A stretch of DNA of 64,000 bases. Source: Chloroflexota bacterium (GTDB taxonomy: Bacteria > Chloroflexota > Dehalococcoidia > GIF9 > UBA5629). Below are positions 47,312 to 58,028 of this stretch, piece after piece. Under the pieces are notes generated by a model, which made no database searches, had not been told where the DNA came from, and saw only the letters and a program-made list of their open reading frames with translations. Where the stretch lies: contig VGNY01000001.1 of assembly GCA_016865895.1 (NCBI GenBank), positions 1,533 through 65,532 on the forward strand, given 5' to 3'. The translations under genes and the position numbers were made by a program. The stretch's first letter is position 1. Each line of letters starts with the position of its first letter.

Positions 47312-48904
47312 ATGAAAAAGATTTGGCAACTAACATTACTAGCTATACTTATTTGTGCATTGGCAGCGCTGCCTCTTATTGTTGGCTGCCAGCCAAAGGT
47401 AATACTCTCACCTGCTAGAGAGGCGGGTGCTCTCAATCTCTGGGATACCGGCCCAATAACGCTTGACCCAGCGATCTCCAGCGAGATGACTTCACACCCC
47501 TATGTCATGCAAATATTTAGTGGCCTGGTTCGCCTTAATGGCTCAAAGCCAGCACCAGACATCGCCGAAAGATGGGACAGAACCAACGATGGCAAGACAT
47601 ACACTTTCTACTTGCGCAAGGAAGTAAAATTCCACAACGGCAGGAAGGTTACCGCTCAAGATTTCAAATATTCGTGGGAAAGAGCTTGTCATCCTGAAAC
47701 AAGGTCACAAACAGCAGCTACCTATCTAGGTGATATCGTTGGCGTGAAAGATGTACTTGAAGGCAAAACCACAAAAATAAGCGGCATCGAGGTCATCAAC
47801 GATTACACCTTGAAGGTCACTATTAATGCTCCCAAAGCCTACTTCCTGGCTAAACTGACCTATCCCACTGCCTTTGTTGTTGATAGAGCTAATGTGGAAA
47901 CAGGCAAGAAATGGTGGCAAAAGCCAAACGGAACTGGCCCATTCAGACTCAGGGAATGGAAACCAGGTGAGATATTGGTACTGGAGCTAAATGAGTATTA
48001 CTACGGTCAACTCGCTACCACCAACATAGCCTTTCATCTTCTGGCCGGTATGCCTATGGCGATGTATGAGCTGGGCGAAATCGACGTAGCTCCTGTAGAC
48101 GAGAACTACATAGATATTGCAACCGATAAAAGTGGACCTTTCTACAAAGAACTAGCGATATTCCCTGAACTGAGCCTCTTTTATATAGGCTTCAATACCC
48201 AGAAACCGCCATTTGATGACGTGGATGTCCGCCGGGCTTTTTGCTATGCCATAAATAAAGAGCGAATTATCAAACTGACACTCAAAGATATGGTGACCAA
48301 AGCCGATGGCATTCTGCCGCTGAACCTGCCCGGCTATAACGAAAACCTAGAAGGGCTCAGCTACGATGTAGCTAAGGCAAAGGAACTCATCGCTAACTCA
48401 AAATATGGCAGTGCTGCCAATCTGCCACCCATCAGGCTCACCACCTCTGGCTGGGGAGGCAATATACCTGAATACCTCGGAGCCATCATCGAGGACTGGC
48501 AACAGAACATCGGGGTAGAAGTAACCGTAAGACAGCTTGAACCAGAAGTATTTTCTTACTACCTGAAAGATGAGGCCGATGAGATGTTTATCTCCGGATG
48601 GATTGCCGACTATCCGGACCCGCAGAATTTTTTAGACATCCTGTTCCACACCGGTGCTGAGTATAATACCGGTAATTATAGTAACCCGGATGTAGACGCC
48701 TTGCTTGACCAGGCAGGAATAGAAGCAGACGAAGCCAAAAGATTCACCCTGTACCAACAGGCCGAGCAGATAATAGTAGACGAAGCCGCCTGTCTGCCTT
48801 TGTGGTTCGGCAGGACTTACCTTCTAATTAAACCTTATGTCAAGAACTACAAACTGGATGCCCAGGGTATCCCGACATTAAGCGAAGCCTACTTGGAAAA
48901 ATAA
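47312..48904 (+). CDS. ABC transporter substrate-binding lipoprotein, family 5 (peptide/nickel type)
   Basis: 530 aa. Lipobox LIVGC. Family-5 style YTFYLRKEVKFHNG and GTGPFRL motifs. There are no adjacent permease or ATPase genes. Confidence 0.8.
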   Translation: MKKIWQLTLLAILICALAALPLIVGCQPKVILSPAREAGALNLWDTGPITLDPAISSEMTSHPYVMQIFSGLVRLNGSKPAPDIAERWDRTNDGKTYTFYLRKEVKFHNGRKVTAQDFKYSWERACHPETRSQTAATYLGDIVGVKDVLEGKTTKISGIEVINDYTLKVTINAPKAYFLAKLTYPTAFVVDRANVETGKKWWQKPNGTGPFRLREWKPGEILVLELNEYYYGQLATTNIAFHLLAGMPMAMYELGEIDVAPVDENYIDIATDKSGPFYKELAIFPELSLFYIGFNTQKPPFDDVDVRRAFCYAINKERIIKLTLKDMVTKADGILPLNLPGYNENLEGLSYDVAKAKELIANSKYGSAANLPPIRLTTSGWGGNIPEYLGAIIEDWQQNIGVEVTVRQLEPEVFSYYLKDEADEMFISGWIADYPDPQNFLDILFHTGAEYNTGNYSNPDVDALLDQAGIEADEAKRFTLYQQAEQIIVDEAACLPLWFGRTYLLIKPYVKNYKLDAQGIPTLSEAYLEK

Positions 48905-48982
48905 TCATCTCTGATGACTCAACAAATTTCCCATATCTTTCTCTGGCTTTTTTTCAGTTCAGCAGCCTGAACCTTTCGCTGA

Positions 48983-49070
48983 TGTCATTCTGAGGGAGTC
49001 CCGATTTATCGGGACGACCGAAGAATCTCACCCATTAACCTTGAGATCCTTCGCTTAGCTCAGAATGACA
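48983..49070. repeat. MITE-like element, family A, 88 bp
   Basis: tgtcattctgagggagtcccgatttatcgggacgaccgaagaatctc ... ctcagaatgaca. Same length and layout as 6220-6307, in the opposite internal orientation. Confidence 0.75.
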
Positions 49071-49257
49071 GGTAGTGACGAACCATATCCTCAGGTCTTA
49101 ATCACCACCACCACCACACGGCACGGCTATCCCATAACTCGAATGCCAAAAAGGTAGTAAGTGTGCAAAGTGTTGCTTATTGTTGTGGCTTGATTTATAC
49201 TGATGCTACTTTCGAAACAGGCTTACCAGTAATTCAAAACCCAAATTGCCATCAGTA

Positions 49258-50379
49258 ATGCTGAAAGTACTACATACAGCAGACATCCACCTTGGCAGAG
49301 AATTCCCTTTCCTGCATGAAAAAGGCAGAGAATACAGAAACCAACTACTTATAACATTTGACCGAATAATAGACTCAGCTATAAATGCAAATGTCTCCCT
49401 TGTTCTTATCGCCGGTGACCTTTTCGACACTAACCGCGTGTATGGCGTAATTACTGGGAGAGTGCTAGCTGCCTTCAAGAGACTGGAAGAGAAAGACATT
49501 CGAGTATGTATCCTCCCTGGAACCCACGATGCTTACAATGATGATTCAATATACCGATTCGTACACTTCCCACCAAACGTGACAGTGTTTACCCCAGAAA
49601 TTGACCATAAGATTTATGAAGACTTGGATTTAACAGTATATGGAAAAGCTTTTGACAGTAAGTCATTCAGCAAGAGCCATATCCAAGGGCTATCACTAAC
49701 CAAAGAGTCAAAATTTCATATAGGCCTGGCTCACTGCTCTATAAAAATTGAGGGATTAGTTGAAAAAGATACCATGATACTCGACAGAAACGAAATAGCC
49801 AACTCTGGATTCGACTACCTAGCTCTTGGTCACTGGCATTCCTTCCAAGACTTCAGCCAGGGGAGCGTAAAGGCTTTCTACTGTGGCTCTCCTGAACCTG
49901 TATATATGGACCAGAAAGGTGCTGGAAGTATAGTCTTGGTTACCATACATGAAAAGGGCGATGTTCGGGTCGAACCCATTCGTGTTGGAAGCAAGAGATT
50001 TGATACAGTAACAATAGATGTTGGACTCATGAAATCCGTTGAGGATATTACAAAAATAGTCGCAGACAAAGCAGACCCGAATCTTATCCTTCAGGTAACA
50101 TTGGAAGGGCTGTCCAGCATGGACTTCCATCTGAACCCCCAAGAAATCGAAGACCGACTCGGCGACCTGTTCTTTGTCGTTCGAGTTATAGACAAGTCGC
50201 ATTCTGGACTGGAAGAAGTGAGAGTTGAGGACTTTCCCGAGGAAACAGTGATTGGTAAATTTGTGAGGATTATGGAACAGAGAATTGCAACAGCGAACCA
50301 GGACGATAAAGAGCTTTACCAGGAAGCTTTGAAGCTCGGCGTTGCTCTCTTACAAGGGCATCCACAGGTGATAGAATGA
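49258..50379 (+). CDS. Mre11/SbcD-like metallophosphoesterase (YhaO-like)
   Basis: Motifs LHTADIHLG, IAGDLFD, PGTHD and GHWH. ATG at 49258. Confidence 0.8.
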   Translation: MLKVLHTADIHLGREFPFLHEKGREYRNQLLITFDRIIDSAINANVSLVLIAGDLFDTNRVYGVITGRVLAAFKRLEEKDIRVCILPGTHDAYNDDSIYRFVHFPPNVTVFTPEIDHKIYEDLDLTVYGKAFDSKSFSKSHIQGLSLTKESKFHIGLAHCSIKIEGLVEKDTMILDRNEIANSGFDYLALGHWHSFQDFSQGSVKAFYCGSPEPVYMDQKGAGSIVLVTIHEKGDVRVEPIRVGSKRFDTVTIDVGLMKSVEDITKIVADKADPNLILQVTLEGLSSMDFHLNPQEIEDRLGDLFFVVRVIDKSHSGLEEVRVEDFPEETVIGKFVRIMEQRIATANQDDKELYQEALKLGVALLQGHPQVIE

Positions 50380-52460
50380 TTCTTACAAGGATAAGAGTCA
50401 AAAATCTCAAAGCTATCACGCAAAGTCGGACTATATCTTTCTCTCCGGGCTTAAACATCGTCAAGGGAAGCGATAATGAGGCGGGAAAGTCGTCATTACG
50501 GGTAGCGATAACTAAAGCACTATTCCAAGACCCTACGACTACAAGCAAAGACATACTTGGGCTGACAAGCTGGGGTACAGACGAGCCCTGGGAAATTGAG
50601 CTCGATTTTCAAACCGATTCAGAATCTTACCGAATAACTAAGAGCATTAGAGACAGGTCATGCCAACTGATTGATATCGGCTCTTCTAAAGTCATCACCA
50701 CGAACAAGAATGCTATTACTGCCAAGATAGCTGAAATCACGGGTTGCCCCTCAGAAATTTTCTTTGTCAGCACAGCATGCCTAGAACAAGAAGAAATGAT
50801 TAGGCTAATCCCGCAGGGCACAACAGACACCGAATGGCAAAAGGCATTCGGGACAATAAACAAGAGATTGCAGGCCAAAATTAGTGGCTCAGAAGAAGCG
50901 GATGTTACAAACATTTTATCAAGATTATACAGTAAGACCCATCATAAGGATGCCAGAGGCCCCAAATGGCAACTGGAAAGAATCGCAGACCGGATAGCAA
51001 TCCTCCACAGCCAAAAATCACCCCATGAAAATAAAGTTAATATGGTGATGGCAAACAGGAGGGAATTGAATAAGATAGAAAAAGAGCTAGAAGAAGTGAA
51101 TAAAGAATTGCCTCCGAAGCAACAAGTGATGGAAAAGAATGACAGGATATTAAAGCTTCAGCAAGACATAGAAAGAGATAAAACACAGTACGATAATGTG
51201 AAGCGGGCAAGAAAACATAAGCACGACTTAGACAAAATAGATTATGACCTTGAAAAAGAATTCGCCTGTTTCATCGGCTCGGAAGACAGGATAAATAAAC
51301 TGGAAACTGCCAAAAACGAACTTCAAAATCTTGACCAGCAAAAGAGTAGCTTAGGAGAGAGAGCGGGAAAACGACTAACGCAAAGACCTGCCTCATGGAT
51401 ACTGGCATCTGGGATAGGCGGGCTGGTAGCAGGACTCATAGGTTTAATTGCCAGCAAATACCTTGGCATTTTGGCAGCCGCAGGTTTTCTTCTCTTGATA
51501 TACTGGTTAATCTCCTACATGGCATGGAAACAACAGATAAGGTCAATATCCAGCGACGCAGCCGAATTGGAAAGCAAGATGCAAGAAAAGGACCACGCTG
51601 TAAAGGGCATCCTGAGCTCGTTTGGCTTTAACGACTATACCGAATACCTTAGCCAGTTCAAAACATATGATGCCTTAAAAAAGAAGAGAAAAGAGATTGC
51701 AGACATGCTACGCGGAATAACAGGTGACAGGGACTGGAGCGAATTCGAGAAGGAGAATGCGGATTTAGAAATAGGAATAAGTGCCAAACAAGAGGAACTC
51801 AAACAACTTCTTCCGTTCAAAAAGGACCCCCTCGACCTACAGAAACTCAAAAATGAAGTCGACCGACTCCAGCGAAAAAAGGCTGAACTAGAAGGCAAAA
51901 AACGAGGGCTTGATACGTTTTTTGGATACACAGATGCGGATGCAACAGACCAACTGACAGGTATAGAAGAGGAGCTGAAATGGCTAGGGCAAGAAAAGGA
52001 ATTCTGGGAAAGAAAACGAAACGTTTTCGAGATAACGAGGGAGGCCCTTGATGAAGCTCACAAAAAGACGCTTTCAAAAGCAACTCATGTGCTGGAACAG
52101 GAACTTGGCCAGTATGTGTCTATCATAACTAATGGAAGATATAGTCAAGTTAAAATAGACGAGGGAAACTTGTCCATCCAGACTTTTTCTCCTGAAAAGG
52201 GAGAATTGGTTGATGTTACACAACTGAGCCGTGCAACACAAGACCAGTTTTATATTTGTGCCAGATTCGCACTGGTAAAACTCATCACTAAAGGAAAGCA
52301 ACCGCCGCTTTTGCTTGACGACCCATTTGTCAACTTTCACCTTAAGAGACTTGAAAAAACCATACCACTACTGCAAGAGTTAGCTAAAGAAAATCAAATT
52401 TTACTCTTTACTTGCAGCGATGCTTTTGATAATTGCGGCAACGTCATATCAGTCGACTGA
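50376..52460 (+). CDS. Rad50/SbcC-like AAA ATPase with two central TM helices (YhaN-like)
   Basis: Walker A GSDNEAGKS. Long coiled-coil-like charged regions. Central hydrophobic pair at aa 338-384. Signature LSRATQDQ. Walker B LLLDDPF. 4-nt overlap with the nuclease gene. Confidence 0.75.
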   Translation: MILTRIRVKNLKAITQSRTISFSPGLNIVKGSDNEAGKSSLRVAITKALFQDPTTTSKDILGLTSWGTDEPWEIELDFQTDSESYRITKSIRDRSCQLIDIGSSKVITTNKNAITAKIAEITGCPSEIFFVSTACLEQEEMIRLIPQGTTDTEWQKAFGTINKRLQAKISGSEEADVTNILSRLYSKTHHKDARGPKWQLERIADRIAILHSQKSPHENKVNMVMANRRELNKIEKELEEVNKELPPKQQVMEKNDRILKLQQDIERDKTQYDNVKRARKHKHDLDKIDYDLEKEFACFIGSEDRINKLETAKNELQNLDQQKSSLGERAGKRLTQRPASWILASGIGGLVAGLIGLIASKYLGILAAAGFLLLIYWLISYMAWKQQIRSISSDAAELESKMQEKDHAVKGILSSFGFNDYTEYLSQFKTYDALKKKRKEIADMLRGITGDRDWSEFEKENADLEIGISAKQEELKQLLPFKKDPLDLQKLKNEVDRLQRKKAELEGKKRGLDTFFGYTDADATDQLTGIEEELKWLGQEKEFWERKRNVFEITREALDEAHKKTLSKATHVLEQELGQYVSIITNGRYSQVKIDEGNLSIQTFSPEKGELVDVTQLSRATQDQFYICARFALVKLITKGKQPPLLLDDPFVNFHLKRLEKTIPLLQELAKENQILLFTCSDAFDNCGNVISVD

Positions 52461-52571
52461 CAAACTGCCCACTAGATAGGCACAGTATGCCAAGAACTGA
52501 ACACTACAATCAGACAAAATATTCAACTTTTGGATGCTGCGTATAATGAGGACAAGCAGGAGATAAACACA

Positions 52572-53354
52572 ATGGATGAACGGTTTACGGCTCAAATGTT
52601 TGTAAGCTGGTACGCAGCGCAGCGGCAGGTAGCTATAGATGACCTCGGAGTGGCGCCTATGGTAGTGCTTTCCTGGAGCCGAAGAGTCGTGCAATCACTA
52701 GCCGAGAATATTGGTGCTCAATTATCGCAAGACTGGATGTACAGAGGACGATATCCTCTTTATACCGGAGAGCTGGAAGGACATCGTGTTTCGTTCGCAC
52801 TCGTCCCGGTGGGCGCACCAGGCACTGTTATGATTATGGAAGAAATGATTGCCTGTGGTGCACGTGTTTTCATCGGCATAGGGTTCGCCGGAAGCCTTCA
52901 GCCCACAGCTCCTGTGGGAACCCTCCTTATCCCCACATCTTGTATCAGTGAGGAGGGAACATCTGCCCACTATCTTGACGACAAGACATCCTTTAGCCCC
53001 AGTCCTCGACTTCGCCAAATCCTCCTAGAGTGCTGCCAGGCAGAGGATATAAAAGTCTTGTCTGGTCCACTGTGGACCACGGACGCTCCCTATCGAGAGC
53101 TTGTGACCAAGGTCGAGGCATATCGTAAGCGGGGAATTTTAGGTGTGGACATGGAAACCTCAGCAATGTACACGCTGGGACAAGTTCGCAAAGTCAAAAT
53201 CTGTAATCTCCTGGTAGTGAGCGACGAGCTATGGCACGAATGGCAACCAGCATTCGGTAAGCCTGAACTGCGAAATGCAATGCAACGTGCCCAGGATATA
53301 ATCCTGCGTTTTCTCGCCAAAAGTCTTATTGAATCGGCGCTGCAACTCGAGTAA
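52572..53354 (+). CDS. nucleoside phosphorylase family protein (PNP_UDP_1)
   Basis: Motifs VPVGAPGTVMIMEEMIACGARVFIGIGFAGSL and GVDMETSAMYTLG. ATG at 52572 is preceded by AGGAG. Confidence 0.75.
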   Translation: MDERFTAQMFVSWYAAQRQVAIDDLGVAPMVVLSWSRRVVQSLAENIGAQLSQDWMYRGRYPLYTGELEGHRVSFALVPVGAPGTVMIMEEMIACGARVFIGIGFAGSLQPTAPVGTLLIPTSCISEEGTSAHYLDDKTSFSPSPRLRQILLECCQAEDIKVLSGPLWTTDAPYRELVTKVEAYRKRGILGVDMETSAMYTLGQVRKVKICNLLVVSDELWHEWQPAFGKPELRNAMQRAQDIILRFLAKSLIESALQLE

Positions 53355-53363
53355 CAAAGCCAC

Positions 53364-54275
53364 TTACTTTGTCTGACATGCAGAGGAATCAATAGGGCAC
53401 TGCTTACATTTGCCGTCGCAAGGCTCGACATGAATGGTAACGTTAGACCGAGGCAATTTTGCCTGGATGTCATGTTCCAATAAGTCACACACCTGATGAG
53501 TCTGCTCCAGACTAGCATCCTTAGCCATTACCAGATGGAGGTCTACATAGCGCTGGTTTCCAGAACGGCGGGTGCGTAACTCGTGGAAGCCAACAATTTC
53601 CTGACCACGCCATTCAGCCAGGCAGGATTCTATCACCGCCTGCTCAGAAGGAGGAAGACTGGCATCCACCAGCCCTAGAAGTGGTTTACCTAATGTATCA
53701 TAGGCAAGTTTCACAATATAAATTGCCATACCGATAGCCACTATCGAATCCAGAATGTTCAGGCCAGTAAGGCGCACTACTATTAGCCCGACTAGTACTG
53801 CTGTGGCTGAGTAGATGTCAGCATTGATATTGCGTGCGTTGGCCTCGAGAGCAATCGAACCGGTAGCCTGAGATACCTTGCGCAGATGACGTGAGAGAAA
53901 CACACTAGTGATTACGGAGATTACCATCACACCTATGCCCGCCTCAGCCAACTCTACACTGGTTTTATTTATTATGCGTTGAACTGATGAAAAGATTATT
54001 AGCCCGGCAGCGATGAAAATAAGCACCCCTTGTACTACACCAGCCATATCCTCCACCTTACCATGCCCAAAGGGATGCCCTCTATCAGCCGGCTTGGTAG
54101 CGATGCGAATGGCGAAAAATGTAACCACTCCAGCGAAGAGGTCGAGAAAGCTATCTGCTGCTTGGGCTAATACACTGATGCTGCCACTGAGCCAGCCAAC
54201 AGTGACCTTGAGCACTATCAGCCCGATAACAACCCCAATTAAAAGGTTAGCAGCCCCTCTTTCCGTCGAGAACAT
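53364..54275 (-). CDS. cation diffusion facilitator (CDF) family efflux transporter
   Basis: Six TM segments. HPFGHGKVE loop. Cytoplasmic C-terminal domain. Cys-rich tail CDGKCKQCPIDSSAC. Confidence 0.8.
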   Translation of the reverse strand: MFSTERGAANLLIGVVIGLIVLKVTVGWLSGSISVLAQAADSFLDLFAGVVTFFAIRIATKPADRGHPFGHGKVEDMAGVVQGVLIFIAAGLIIFSSVQRIINKTSVELAEAGIGVMVISVITSVFLSRHLRKVSQATGSIALEANARNINADIYSATAVLVGLIVVRLTGLNILDSIVAIGMAIYIVKLAYDTLGKPLLGLVDASLPPSEQAVIESCLAEWRGQEIVGFHELRTRRSGNQRYVDLHLVMAKDASLEQTHQVCDLLEHDIQAKLPRSNVTIHVEPCDGKCKQCPIDSSACQTK

Positions 54276-54374
54276 TAGCTACTCTTCCCTATTTACCCTT
54301 TTTCGTTGGCCTACGAGTTTATCACCTGTGCTTAAATAAAACAAATCCGGTATAGACAGGTCATTTACAATTTA

Positions 54375-54482
54375 TGTCATTCTGAGGGAGTCCCGATTTT
54401 ATCGGGACGACCGAAGAATCTAGATTGGGGCAGTCTCCGCAAAAAGGACTATGTGAAATCCTTCGTTACACTCAGAATGACA
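54375..54482. repeat. MITE-like element, family A, 108 bp
   Basis: tgtcattctgagggagtcccgattttatcgggacgaccgaagaatct ... ctcagaatgaca. Confidence 0.75.
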
Positions 54483-54639
54483 GAAAAGGCGAAGCGCTCT
54501 CTGAAAATCACGCAAGGAGAAAGGTTCGTAACAACACAAAGTGCATGTATTTATTGCTTAACTGACCCAGCTTTGCTATCATATGGCTGCTTTTGCCTAC
54601 AGATTGCCTGCTAAATAGCCATCGAGAGACAGAGCCATA

Positions 54640-55671
54640 ATGAGAGTCGGCCTGATTTACGACCCGGTCTATCTTGAGCACGATACCGGGACTCACGTCG
54701 AAAACGCCCAGAGACTGGTAACCACTATGTCCCACCTTGAGGAAAACCAGCAACAGGACAAATTCATCTTATTATCTCCACGCGAAGCAACAGTTGACGA
54801 ATTGTCAGCAGTGCATGCCCCAGAATACATTTCCCACATCCAAAGGCAGGCGGAAAGAGGCGGCGGCTGGCTTGACACTGATACAGTAATGTCACCAGGT
54901 TCCTACAAAGCAGCTATCTATGCTGCCGGTGGTGCTCTGACCGCAGTTGACGCGGTAATGAACAGGCAAGTTAACAGCGCCTTTGCCTTGGTTAGACCAC
55001 CAGGACATCATGCTACATGCTGGCAAGCCATGGGTTTTTGTCTGTTTAACAACATAGCCATAGCTGCCAAGTACGCCCTGGCCAACTTCGATATCAAGCG
55101 AATACTTATCGTAGATTTCGATGTCCACCACGGAAATGGTACGCAAGACACTTTCTATGCCGACCCAAATGTCCTCTACTTCTCCGTCCATGAATACCCT
55201 TTCTACCCCGGAACCGGAAGCATTGATGAGACCGGAGCCAGAGGCGGTGAAGGATTTACCGTCAATGTGCCACTTCTAGCCGGCTGGGGAGATGACGAAT
55301 ACCAGGCAGTCTTCGAAGACATCCTGGCACCAATAGCTAAACGCTTCGAACCACAGCTTATTCTGGTCTCCGCTGGCTACGATGCTCACTGGGCCGATAG
55401 CCTGGCTCTAATGCAGGTAAGCGTCTCTGGCTTCGCCCGCTTGGTAGAAATCATAAAGACTCTGGCTGATATGTTATGTCAAGGACGTATGGTCTTCACT
55501 CTGGAAGGCGGCTATAACCTCGAGGCATTGTCCCTGTCGGTGGGCGCCACCCTTGATATCCTTCGGGGAAGCCGTGAAATCGTTGACCCTCTGGGCAAAC
55601 GAGAAGCAAAATCAAAGCCGGTTCACTTCGACAACTTCGTCCGGATGGTTAAGGAGATGCACAATATATAA
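54640..55671 (+). CDS. histone deacetylase-family (acetoin utilisation/acetylpolyamine amidohydrolase-like) protein
   Basis: Motifs RPPGHHA, DFDVHHGNGTQ and LEGGY. Confidence 0.85.
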   Translation: MRVGLIYDPVYLEHDTGTHVENAQRLVTTMSHLEENQQQDKFILLSPREATVDELSAVHAPEYISHIQRQAERGGGWLDTDTVMSPGSYKAAIYAAGGALTAVDAVMNRQVNSAFALVRPPGHHATCWQAMGFCLFNNIAIAAKYALANFDIKRILIVDFDVHHGNGTQDTFYADPNVLYFSVHEYPFYPGTGSIDETGARGGEGFTVNVPLLAGWGDDEYQAVFEDILAPIAKRFEPQLILVSAGYDAHWADSLALMQVSVSGFARLVEIIKTLADMLCQGRMVFTLEGGYNLEALSLSVGATLDILRGSREIVDPLGKREAKSKPVHFDNFVRMVKEMHNI

Positions 55672-55701
55672 GCCTAGCCCATAGCTTGAGAGGATACTCA
55701 A

Positions 55702-56622
55702 CTAGGTAGAAGTCTCAATCTGCTTCTTTTGTGGGAATAACCTGCCCCAATCACGCTTATCCCAAACCACCAACAGCTGACCAGCTAGACATATGGAGTT
55801 ATAAGTGCCAGCAACAACGCCGATAAGAAGCACTAAGATAAAATAGCGGATAGTAACTCCGCCGAGAAGGAACATAGCTAAGATAACAAACAAAGTCGTC
55901 AGGCTGGTATTTATACACCGCCCCATCGTCTCCAGAATGCTTGAGTTCACTGTATCTTCGAAGTCCCTGCTTATGCCCTTGCTGACATTTTCGCGAATTC
56001 GGTCAAACACCACGACAATGTTGTTAACGCTATAGCCAACCACCGCAAGCATACCAGTGATAAACATGGCATCAATCTGAACACCTGCTGACCAGCCTAA
56101 GATGGAGAAGACCCCCATGACCACCAACACATCATGCGCCAGAGCTATGACAGCAACTGCGCCCCAGCGAAACGGCCTAGGCATACGACGAAACGCCCAG
56201 GCGATATAAAGCATCATAAGCACTGAAGCAACCGCTACAGCGATAGCGGCATCTCGACCTATTTTAGTGGCTATAACCGGCGACACGGTATAAGAATCAC
56301 GCACGGTAATTTCAGTATTTAGGCCTGCTTTAAGACCATTTACCAACTCCTCCCTTGTCTCAGGTGATATCGCTTTGACACGGACAAGGAAGTCACCCTC
56401 ACCAGTGCGTTGAATCATCGCCTCACCATAGCCCAAACTAGCCATCTTTCCACGTAACTGACTTTGGTCAATTTCAGTAGCAAATCGAAGAGTCATGGCA
56501 GTGCCACTGCTAAAGTCAACCCCCGGCTCAAGTCTAAAGATAGCAAGCGAGATTAGACCCGGGATGAGTATCACCGCCGATATTAAGAAAAACCAGAGCC
56601 GCTTGCCTACTATGTCCATCAT
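55702..56622 (-). CDS. secF: protein translocase subunit SecF
   Basis: 306 aa. Typical SecF layout. 4-nt overlap with the upstream secD. Confidence 0.88.
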   Translation of the reverse strand: MMDIVGKRLWFFLISAVILIPGLISLAIFRLEPGVDFSSGTAMTLRFATEIDQSQLRGKMASLGYGEAMIQRTGEGDFLVRVKAISPETREELVNGLKAGLNTEITVRDSYTVSPVIATKIGRDAAIAVAVASVLMMLYIAWAFRRMPRPFRWGAVAVIALAHDVLVVMGVFSILGWSAGVQIDAMFITGMLAVVGYSVNNIVVVFDRIRENVSKGISRDFEDTVNSSILETMGRCINTSLTTLFVILAMFLLGGVTIRYFILVLLIGVVAGTYNSICLAGQLLVVWDKRDWGRLFPQKKQIETST

Positions 56623-57938
56623 TTTTGAACTCCGTAAGCCGATGGGCTAGTTACGGCACGAGTCACAAAATGCAGGAATGTCCGAGTTACTATAATCGCT
56701 GAAAACATGCTCATGGCAACACCGATAAACAAAGTCAGAGCAAAGCCTCTGACCATAAAAGCTCCCATAGCGCCACCAAACCAGAAAAGCACAATACAGG
56801 CAATAAAGGTAGTAATATTGCTGTCGCGGATGGCTGGCCAGGCACGGTTGAATCCAGTTTCAACTGCAGCACCTAGAGTACGTCCTGACCGTAATTCTTC
56901 CTTCATCCGCTCAAAAATAAGCACGTTGGCATCAACCGCCATACCCAAGGACAAAAGCAAAGCCGCAATACCCGGTAAAGTCAAGGTTATCGGCACCAGT
57001 TTAAAAATCGCTAGCAGTAAAGCACCATACACAGCTAGGGCACATACAGCTACAAAGCCAGACATTCGATAATAAAGAATCATAAACAGCACAAGGAGTA
57101 CCATACCAACAGCCCCGGCAATAAGGCTCTTGCGAAGAGAATCAGCTCCTAACGTAGCATCCACATCCTGCTCCTGGATGATTTTCAACGGCACATCCAA
57201 TGAACCAGAATTGAGCTGTATGGCTAGTGTCCTGGCTTCGTCAATGTTTAAACCTGTAATAACCCCCCTGTCCTTTATCACTGCCTGTACTGTCGGTGCC
57301 GAGATAAGTTGATTGTCTAGGAATATACCCAGTGGCTTCTGCAAGTTGCGTTTTGTAATCTGCTCAAAGAGAATCGCACCTTCCTCGTTCCATTCAAAAG
57401 CCACCTCAGGTTTATTAGTCTGAGGCTCTAGAACCACCTGAGCATTTGGCTTTAGATACTTACCGGTGAGCTCCCTCTCCTTTCCATCACTTCCAGTACC
57501 TGTAGCCTTAATCCACTGCTCTTTACCCTCCTCATCAAGCACCGGCTTACCAGCCTCATCCAGCTTAATCTCCCTGAAATCAAGCTCAGCCGTTTGCCCT
57601 ATCAGCCTAACCGCCTCGTCAATATCCTTGACTCCAGGGAGCTGAACCAGAATCCGGTTATGACCCTGCCGCTGGATTATCGGCTCGGTCACACCGTAGG
57701 CATTAACTCGCCGCTCGATTTTACCCAGCACTCCTTCCAAGGCATCATCATCACTCTGCGATGGGTCTTTTGCAGAGAGGTCAGCTTCATAAACCAAATA
57801 GCTACCACCTCTTAAATCTAGCCCAAGCGTTAGCCCTTGCCTGCCCAGCCTCTCGCTGTCAACAGGTAGCACTGCCCAAAGGCCAAAGCCAAAAAGAATC
57901 AGTATGAAAATGAGCAGAGGAGCGTTTCCCTTTCTCAA
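56619..57938 (-). CDS. secD: protein translocase subunit SecD
   Basis: 439 aa. LGLDLRGG motif. Periplasmic domain followed by 5 TM segments. Confidence 0.88.
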   Translation of the reverse strand: MRKGNAPLLIFILILFGFGLWAVLPVDSERLGRQGLTLGLDLRGGSYLVYEADLSAKDPSQSDDDALEGVLGKIERRVNAYGVTEPIIQRQGHNRILVQLPGVKDIDEAVRLIGQTAELDFREIKLDEAGKPVLDEEGKEQWIKATGTGSDGKERELTGKYLKPNAQVVLEPQTNKPEVAFEWNEEGAILFEQITKRNLQKPLGIFLDNQLISAPTVQAVIKDRGVITGLNIDEARTLAIQLNSGSLDVPLKIIQEQDVDATLGADSLRKSLIAGAVGMVLLVLFMILYYRMSGFVAVCALAVYGALLLAIFKLVPITLTLPGIAALLLSLGMAVDANVLIFERMKEELRSGRTLGAAVETGFNRAWPAIRDSNITTFIACIVLFWFGGAMGAFMVRGFALTLFIGVAMSMFSAIIVTRTFLHFVTRAVTSPSAYGVQK

Positions 57939-57968
57939 TTTCCTGTCAATCCTTCACAATATCGATTA

Positions 57969-58028
57969 TCCCCCACTGTCACTCTAAATCCCCCACTGTC
58001 ACTCTAAATCCCCCACTGTCACTCTGAG
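57969..58028. repeat. tandem triplication of a 20-bp unit (tcccccactgtcactctaaa)
   Basis: Copies at 57969, 57989 and 58009. The third copy merges into the left terminus (tgtcactctgag) of the adjacent family A element. Confidence 0.8.

Noticed and set aside
53090-53518. 142-aa minus-strand ORF
   Set aside because: It is antisense to the nucleoside phosphorylase 3' end and overlaps the CDF gene's 3' end in another frame. No features support it.
57969-58028. Possible CRISPR array
   Set aside because: There are only three directly abutting 20-bp copies with no spacers, the block is contiguous with a MITE terminus, and there are no cas genes in the window.
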